A stretch of 64,000 nucleotides of DNA from an uncultured Bacteroidales bacterium (GTDB taxonomy: Bacteria > Bacteroidota > Bacteroidia > Bacteroidales > UBA10428). Made by a program: the position numbers and the translations under genes. Shown here in pieces: positions 58,886 through 64,000 of this stretch (position 1 is its first letter; every line of letters begins with the position of its first letter). The DNA lies in the NCBI GenBank assembly GCA_964406315.1, contig CAYORG010000005.1, forward strand, positions 20,802-84,801, read 5' to 3'. The notes beneath the pieces are model-generated. The model worked only from the letters and a program-made list of their open reading frames with translations. It was not told the DNA's origin and did no database searches.

Positions 58886-60723
58886 ATTACTTTCTTTTTA
58901 ACTTTTGTTCCGGATACCTTCGGACTAATATACCGAAGATAATACCAATACGTATCACCAAAATTCTTTTGCAGATCTTTTCTTGCCCGTTTTAAATTCA
59001 TGTTATACTCAATCATAGTCTTGTTAAATTCAGAGAATCTGTTCATCACACTTTTATCAATAACAGACATATATTGTTCTGCAGGAGTATTTGTGCTAAG
59101 GTAAAATAATAGCATGGCTTCTTGATATGTTTTTGGGAGCTTTTTGTATCCAAAATTATTTACATATAGGGTTAAATATTTATAAAACCGACCTAAATTG
59201 TTATTAAGTAAATAATAGGACATCAAATACTCGAAAGCCATTTTGTTGTTTTTATCCTTATTCAATATATGAATAAGATCCAGGTCGGGATGATGATTAT
59301 TAATGAATACTATATCATATTTTATTTTCCTCTCTCCAAAAAGATCGTTTTTCAATTCAGAGGCTCCATCTTCATTCAGGTAGCCATACAGATCATTTGC
59401 TGTCTTTTTATAAATGATGGATTTATGCAGGATTTCAAGGTATTTTTTAGCAACGGGGAAATCCTGTAACAGGATTGCACATGTAGCAAGTCTGATTATT
59501 ATTTTAGGTGAATACACCTCATTTGTCTGGGCCTCTAATGCCCAATATTCAGCAGCTTTAACAAACCCTATATTAAAATATAAGTCGCTGTTTTGTAAGG
59601 TGCATTCCCTGTTGAAGATCATTGTCAGCAAAAGCGTATGTTCACCCCATTCCTGAGGAACAATGAATAAATCCTGAGACATATTACCCGTATGATATAG
59701 CGCCTGATTCAACAAAAAGCGGGAAATTCTGTCGTTTAGCCCGACTAGATCTTTGTAATTCAGCACTTCCTTCCAATTGTTCCTGTTTGCATGGTATTCG
59801 ATTTCTGCATTGTACCTGGTATTATTCACATACAGGGTTTGAAAAAAGATAGCCGAAAGACCTGCAAGAACAAAAAACATCCAGGTCCTTCTGATGAATA
59901 ATGGAATTTTAAGCAAAAAGCTTGTAAGTTTTGGTAAATATGAAAACAGGCCAATAAGAAAAACCGCAGCAGCATGAAATATAATAATTTTCCAGAATCC
60001 TGAAATAAGTATCCGTGGATTAGCTGGCGATGCTTCGTAAAATATTACTTTACTTATTTGCAATCCTTTATAATACCAGGAAAGGAAAGCGAATACAAAT
60101 AATAGTATTGGAATGTGCAGGTATCTTTTTGATGTTTTTGAAATAAAAACTGCATCTAAAACATAAACTATCATTAAAGAGAATGCAACAAGTAAATCGA
60201 AAACAAAAAATGCGGCGACGAGCGAAGCAATTTTATAAGCTATACTTATCCATGTTTTTGTTTTGTCCAGTAATTGACTTCCAACAAATAAAATTCCTGA
60301 GATAATAAAAAGCATCAGCGTTTCAAGGCCAGAGGCATATGTTTTAAGTGATATAAGTATGAATAATGCAGGAATGAATTCAATCCCTTTAAGACTTTTA
60401 TTTTCTCTGAGCTTAAATATTTTTCTGTAGATAAAAGAAAGCAGGAGCAAGAGAATCGAAAGGATTATGCTTCCCGTAACCGGGTAATAAAGAAATTGCA
60501 GAAAGAACTCAGATAGAAGAATAATATTGGAATTATGCAAAGTATGGTAATAATCAAAAAAAGAAGTATCAAAGGCAAAAAAAGGTTGTAATTTGAGATA
60601 GATCAGGTCAGGAGAATATACTTTAAAAATGATTGTAAAAAAGAAAATTCCAAAAATCAGATAATAGAGTAAATCAATAAGGGATTCAGAAAGACTTATA
60701 TTTGGTAATAACTTGTGTTTCAT
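58882..60723 (-). CDS. Polytopic membrane protein (about 9-10 TM) with C-terminal helical-repeat domain (DUF6057-like)
   Basis: 613 aa. The first ~300 aa are hydrophobic helices. The last ~300 aa are soluble, helix-rich and TPR-like. The stop overlaps the next start (ATGA). The family name is recalled, not verified. Confidence 0.55.
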   Translation of the reverse strand: MKHKLLPNISLSESLIDLLYYLIFGIFFFTIIFKVYSPDLIYLKLQPFFAFDTSFFDYYHTLHNSNIILLSEFFLQFLYYPVTGSIILSILLLLLSFIYRKIFKLRENKSLKGIEFIPALFILISLKTYASGLETLMLFIISGILFVGSQLLDKTKTWISIAYKIASLVAAFFVFDLLVAFSLMIVYVLDAVFISKTSKRYLHIPILLFVFAFLSWYYKGLQISKVIFYEASPANPRILISGFWKIIIFHAAAVFLIGLFSYLPKLTSFLLKIPLFIRRTWMFFVLAGLSAIFFQTLYVNNTRYNAEIEYHANRNNWKEVLNYKDLVGLNDRISRFLLNQALYHTGNMSQDLFIVPQEWGEHTLLLTMIFNRECTLQNSDLYFNIGFVKAAEYWALEAQTNEVYSPKIIIRLATCAILLQDFPVAKKYLEILHKSIIYKKTANDLYGYLNEDGASELKNDLFGERKIKYDIVFINNHHPDLDLIHILNKDKNNKMAFEYLMSYYLLNNNLGRFYKYLTLYVNNFGYKKLPKTYQEAMLLFYLSTNTPAEQYMSVIDKSVMNRFSEFNKTMIEYNMNLKRARKDLQKNFGDTYWYYLRYISPKVSGTKVKKKVI

Positions 60724-60879
60724 ATTGGCTTATTTCAATAATCGAATATAATTATAATTACTAAAAATCAGGTACTCTTATTGCAAATGTCATTTCTTAA
60801 TTCAATTTTGTAATGAAAAGAAACCTGGATTGTAGTTTAAAAATTTCTGATTAGTGAGATGAATTAATAAATAATAAAA

Positions 60880-61338
60880 ATGAAATATACAGAAACAACT
60901 GAAGGCAGGGTATTTGTCTTAAGATTGGAGGACGGTGAGATAGTTCAGGAGCAGATTGAAAATTTTGCAATGATGAAAGAAATACATTCGGCAAAGATCC
61001 AGATGATTGGAGGTGCAGATAAAGGCAGCAAACTGATTGTTGGCCCAAAGGAAGGGAGATCTTCTAAAATAATTCCGGTTGTTGCAACGCTTGATGAAAT
61101 GCATGAAGCAGTTGGCAATGGTACAATTTTCAGGAATGAACAGGGAATACCTAAATTGCACTGTCATCTTGTGTGCGGAAGAAAGAATAATACTCTATGC
61201 GGAGAGATAAGGGAAGGAGTAAAAGTCTGGCATGTCATGGAGGTGATAATTACAGAGCTTACCGATTGCAAGGCTACCAGAAAACCCGATACCCAAACCG
61301 GTTTTGATCTCTTACAACCAGAGATGAGATACAAGTAA
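60880..61338 (+). CDS. PPC/DUF296-like domain protein
   Basis: 152 aa. GRVFVLRLEDGEIVQEQIENFA...IQMIGG fits the PPC-domain N-terminal pattern. Moderate confidence. Confidence 0.55.
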   Translation: MKYTETTEGRVFVLRLEDGEIVQEQIENFAMMKEIHSAKIQMIGGADKGSKLIVGPKEGRSSKIIPVVATLDEMHEAVGNGTIFRNEQGIPKLHCHLVCGRKNNTLCGEIREGVKVWHVMEVIITELTDCKATRKPDTQTGFDLLQPEMRYK

Positions 61339-61345
61339 ATGTAAG

Positions 61346-61789
61346 TTATTCCTTAAATACACCGTTTTCATAAATCCCTTCCTGTACCGTACCATCAGCC
61401 CAGGTGTATTTTCCTTTTCCGTGGAATTTGTTGTTGACAAAATATCCGGTGTATTTATCTCCATTCGTATAGAAATAAATACCATATCCATCCTGCACCC
61501 CGTTTTTCCATTCTCCGGTATATTTGGAACCATCGGCCCATATATAGGTTCCCTGACCGTGGAAAACATCATTTTCCCACATGCCGTCATATTTGTCGCC
61601 GTCCGGTGTATTCAGAGTGCCAAGGCCACTGCGCTTTCCATCCACAAAATTGCCCTGGTATATATAGCCGTTTTCATAAACATATTTACCAGTTCCGTCA
61701 AGACAAGATCCTGATACACAACCGGTTTCCTGTGCGGGAAGTAATCCGGGCAGCCACAGGATGATCAGTGTAGAAACAAACCATTTCAT
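61346..61789 (-). CDS. Secreted MORN-repeat protein
   Basis: 147 aa with a signal peptide. Four or five tandem MORN units (YxGxxxxGxxxGxG): YQGNFVDGKRSGLGT, YDGMWENDVFHGQGT, YTGEWKNGVQDGYGI and YTGYFVNNKFHGKGK. Confidence 0.8.
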   Translation of the reverse strand: MKWFVSTLIILWLPGLLPAQETGCVSGSCLDGTGKYVYENGYIYQGNFVDGKRSGLGTLNTPDGDKYDGMWENDVFHGQGTYIWADGSKYTGEWKNGVQDGYGIYFYTNGDKYTGYFVNNKFHGKGKYTWADGTVQEGIYENGVFKE

Positions 61790-61949
61790 AGGTGATATTT
61801 TTATGAATTTTTTATTAATCCTACAAGAGGTTAATCATTATAGTAAATGTATAAAGGATAGATTTTGTTTCAAAATCTGATCTGTTGATTTTATTATCAA
61901 TTTTCAGACCACATTTATAAACAGTATATTAAAAATGAAAAATAGCAGA

Positions 61950-63791
61950 CTACTGTGCTTTCTTCAGAGGAAGACTGAAATAGAATGTGCTGCCTTCTCC
62001 GAAATTGCTTTCAGCCCAGATCCTGCCGTTGTGCGATTCAAGGAAGGTCTTACAAATTGAAATACCGAGTCCTGAGCCTCTCTCACCGGATGTTCCGGGC
62101 GATTGAAATACTTCAGGATTTTTAAGCAGTTGATCCAGTACTTTGGGCTCAATACCTATTCCGTCGTCATGGATAGAAACAACAACATAGTCATTTTCGA
62201 TGTTTGAATTCAAATGAACTTCACTTTTCTGATGCGAGAATTTAATTGCATTCGTGAGCAAATTACGCATTATGGAAAGGATCATATTCTTATCTGCCGG
62301 TGCGGTAGTATCTTCCATGTTATTTATTACTGAAATAGATTTTGCTGTTGCAAAGTGATGTGTATGTTCAATGGATTTATCAGCCAGTTGTTTCAGGTTA
62401 ATAGTTTCAAATGATGGTAAGATTTTTTCTTTATTGCACTTTGTCCAGGTAAGCAAATTTTCAAGCAGATCATACGTAGTGTCAGCCACAGGATAAAAAC
62501 TTTCCAGCAAATGTCTGGTATCATCCAGGTTTGTCATTCCTTCGGATATGGCTTTTGCTGCGCTGCGCAACGATCCTACCGAACCTCTCAGATCATGCCC
62601 TATTATTGAAATAAGTTTTTCTTTTGATTCGTTGGCTTGTTGAAGCTCTTTCATCAGCTTTCGATTCAATTTCTGTCGGCGGGTTACCAAAATAAAAGTA
62701 ACAATCATGCTTAGCAACAGGAGTATAGACAGAATTGTAAGGATTATGAACAATTTTTTTTGCTTCTCAAGCAATTTCAGCTTGTTTTCCTGTTCTTTCA
62801 CTTTGTATTTTGTTTCCAGACCGTGTATGAGTGATTGTTTTGTTTTTTCGCGGAGAGTATCCTTCATTTCACTATACAATAAGGCATAATCAAAAGCTTT
62901 TTCATAGTCTCCTTCAGCCCGGAATATTTTATACATCACTTCATAGTTATCTATATTAATATCGTATGCGTCGAGTTCTTCTGCCAGTGCTATTGATTTA
63001 AAAGCATAGCTTCTTGCTTTATCATATTTCTTCATTTTTAAGTATGTATCTGAAATGTATTGCTGATCAAGACACATCAGATATTTCTGATCATGAATTG
63101 AATCGCATTTATATGCCTCAAGGTGATAATAGAGGGCAGAATCATAGTCTCCGGTCTCAAGAAAAACATTTCCGATATTACTCAGAGAATAAGGATCAGG
63201 TTTTCCGGTTTTGGAGATTTCATACTCATTGGTTTTACGCAGGTAGTATAATGCCGAATCATACATTTCCAGGTTGATATAAACCAGCCCGACATTATGC
63301 ATATCCACAATAATATAGGCGGAATCGCCTGATTTTGAACTGTTGTAAAGCGATTTTTTATTGTGATAGAGTGTTTTCCCAAAATTGTTAAGTGAAGCAT
63401 GGACTGTTCCGATACGGTTATGACACAAAGAAATTAATTTGTAATCTTCTCCGGCAATTTCCAGTGCATCGTATGCCATTTCAAGCGATGTGGTATATTC
63501 ACCGATCAGTGAATAGAAGTCGCAATGCCTTAAAATGCTTAAAACAATAAGTTTTTTATCCTGTATTTTTTCTGCTATTTTTTTTGCTTCTACTGCATAA
63601 GAAAAAGCTTCAACAGGTTTATTGGTCCGCAACAATCCATTGATATCCAGACACAGATTGATCTTGCCGGTATCTGATGTTTCGTTTTCAAGGATACGTA
63701 TTAAACTATCTGCTTCTGCACGCCAACCTTTTGCCTGCATAGGTAGTGTAAACACAATCAATATGAAGAGTGAGACTATTGGCCTTAACAT
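61950..63791 (-). CDS. TPR-repeat sensor histidine kinase
   Basis: Periplasmic TPR-like repeats, a TM helix (LFIILTILSILLLLSMIVTFILV), H-box LISIIGHDLRGS, and N/G boxes (NLLTNAIKFS, DDGIGI, GSGLGISIC). I placed the start at MLRPIVSLFILIVF (ATG 63791). The longer ORF would overlap the upstream gene end. Confidence 0.85.
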   Translation of the reverse strand: MLRPIVSLFILIVFTLPMQAKGWRAEADSLIRILENETSDTGKINLCLDINGLLRTNKPVEAFSYAVEAKKIAEKIQDKKLIVLSILRHCDFYSLIGEYTTSLEMAYDALEIAGEDYKLISLCHNRIGTVHASLNNFGKTLYHNKKSLYNSSKSGDSAYIIVDMHNVGLVYINLEMYDSALYYLRKTNEYEISKTGKPDPYSLSNIGNVFLETGDYDSALYYHLEAYKCDSIHDQKYLMCLDQQYISDTYLKMKKYDKARSYAFKSIALAEELDAYDINIDNYEVMYKIFRAEGDYEKAFDYALLYSEMKDTLREKTKQSLIHGLETKYKVKEQENKLKLLEKQKKLFIILTILSILLLLSMIVTFILVTRRQKLNRKLMKELQQANESKEKLISIIGHDLRGSVGSLRSAAKAISEGMTNLDDTRHLLESFYPVADTTYDLLENLLTWTKCNKEKILPSFETINLKQLADKSIEHTHHFATAKSISVINNMEDTTAPADKNMILSIMRNLLTNAIKFSHQKSEVHLNSNIENDYVVVSIHDDGIGIEPKVLDQLLKNPEVFQSPGTSGERGSGLGISICKTFLESHNGRIWAESNFGEGSTFYFSLPLKKAQ

Positions 63792-63864
63792 CCTGGTTGA
63801 ATTTTCAGATGCAAATAAACAAAGAATTATTAAAACTACCACATTCTTACTGGTTTTGATGCAT

Positions 63865-64000
63865 TCTTTTCTTTTCAATAACGCGGATCCTTAACAAGTG
63901 GTAACTTGGCCATTTTTTGAACTTCAATGCTCGTAAAGCCGAATTCTTCTACAATTTTGCCAAGTATAAGATAAATGCCATAGCCTCTGAAAGGGTATTT
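63865..64000 (-). CDS. 3' end of a gene truncated by the window edge, possibly a GNAT acetyltransferase
   Basis: The minus-strand frame reads ...KYPFRGYGIYLILGKIVEEFGFTSIEVQKMAKLPLVKDPRY*. The RGxGIxxxL segment resembles GNAT motif A. Only 45 codons are visible. Confidence 0.3.

Noticed and set aside
1-64000. Search for a mobile element, prophage, defence island, CRISPR array, tRNA or rRNA
   Set aside because: I recognised no integrase, transposase, recombinase, reverse transcriptase, restriction/modification, toxin-antitoxin or cas-like proteins in any frame. I saw no short direct-repeat/spacer array and no cloverleaf-like GC-rich ~75-nt islands in the intergenic regions. By-eye scanning cannot exclude small or degenerate elements.

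Overview
AT-rich chromosomal segment that looks like Bacteroidota. The evidence is type-A T9SS C-terminal sorting domains on two secreted proteins, a bTHX-type ribosomal protein, a Nudix/NrtR-type regulator attached to an araA-araD-araB cluster, a type-A RNase P RNA and a TAnnTTTG-like -7 box. All family calls come from reading the supplied translations and recalling motifs; no search was run. I support about 46 protein genes, one ncRNA (rnpB), several intrinsic terminators and one large intragenic tandem repeat. I saw no rRNA, tRNA, CRISPR array, integrase, transposase or obvious defence or prophage genes. The window reads as core and carbohydrate-utilisation chromosome, not a mobile island. 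Content falls into six groups. (1) A tight seven-gene L-arabinose operon: araA, an SSF transporter, araD, a GH51 enzyme, araB, a mutarotase and a Nudix-type regulator. (2) Hemicellulose enzymes (CE2-like and SASA-like esterases, two GH5, a GH31, one unassigned putative glycosidase) with no SusC/SusD pair. (3) Many sensors: a propeller-PP2C protein, a GAF protein with three PAS modules, a PAS hybrid kinase and a TPR kinase. (4) An exported MsrB with two thioredoxin-fold proteins. (5) Housekeeping genes: queA, rnpB, kdsA, rarA, a relA/spoT-family gene, an SDR and a thioesterase. (6) Several uncharacterised modules. No single clear-cut novel system stands out. The best candidates for a second look are: a bTHX N-terminus fused to a ~170-aa K/E-rich tail; a translationally coupled pair of a polytopic membrane protein and a beta-propeller lipoprotein carrying a lone CxxCH; a 3x 489-bp coiled-coil+PAS tandem repeat in an output-less GAF sensor; an overlapping transglutaminase-like pair, one intact and one with degenerate catalytic residues; and a perfect 16-bp palindrome upstream of araA.
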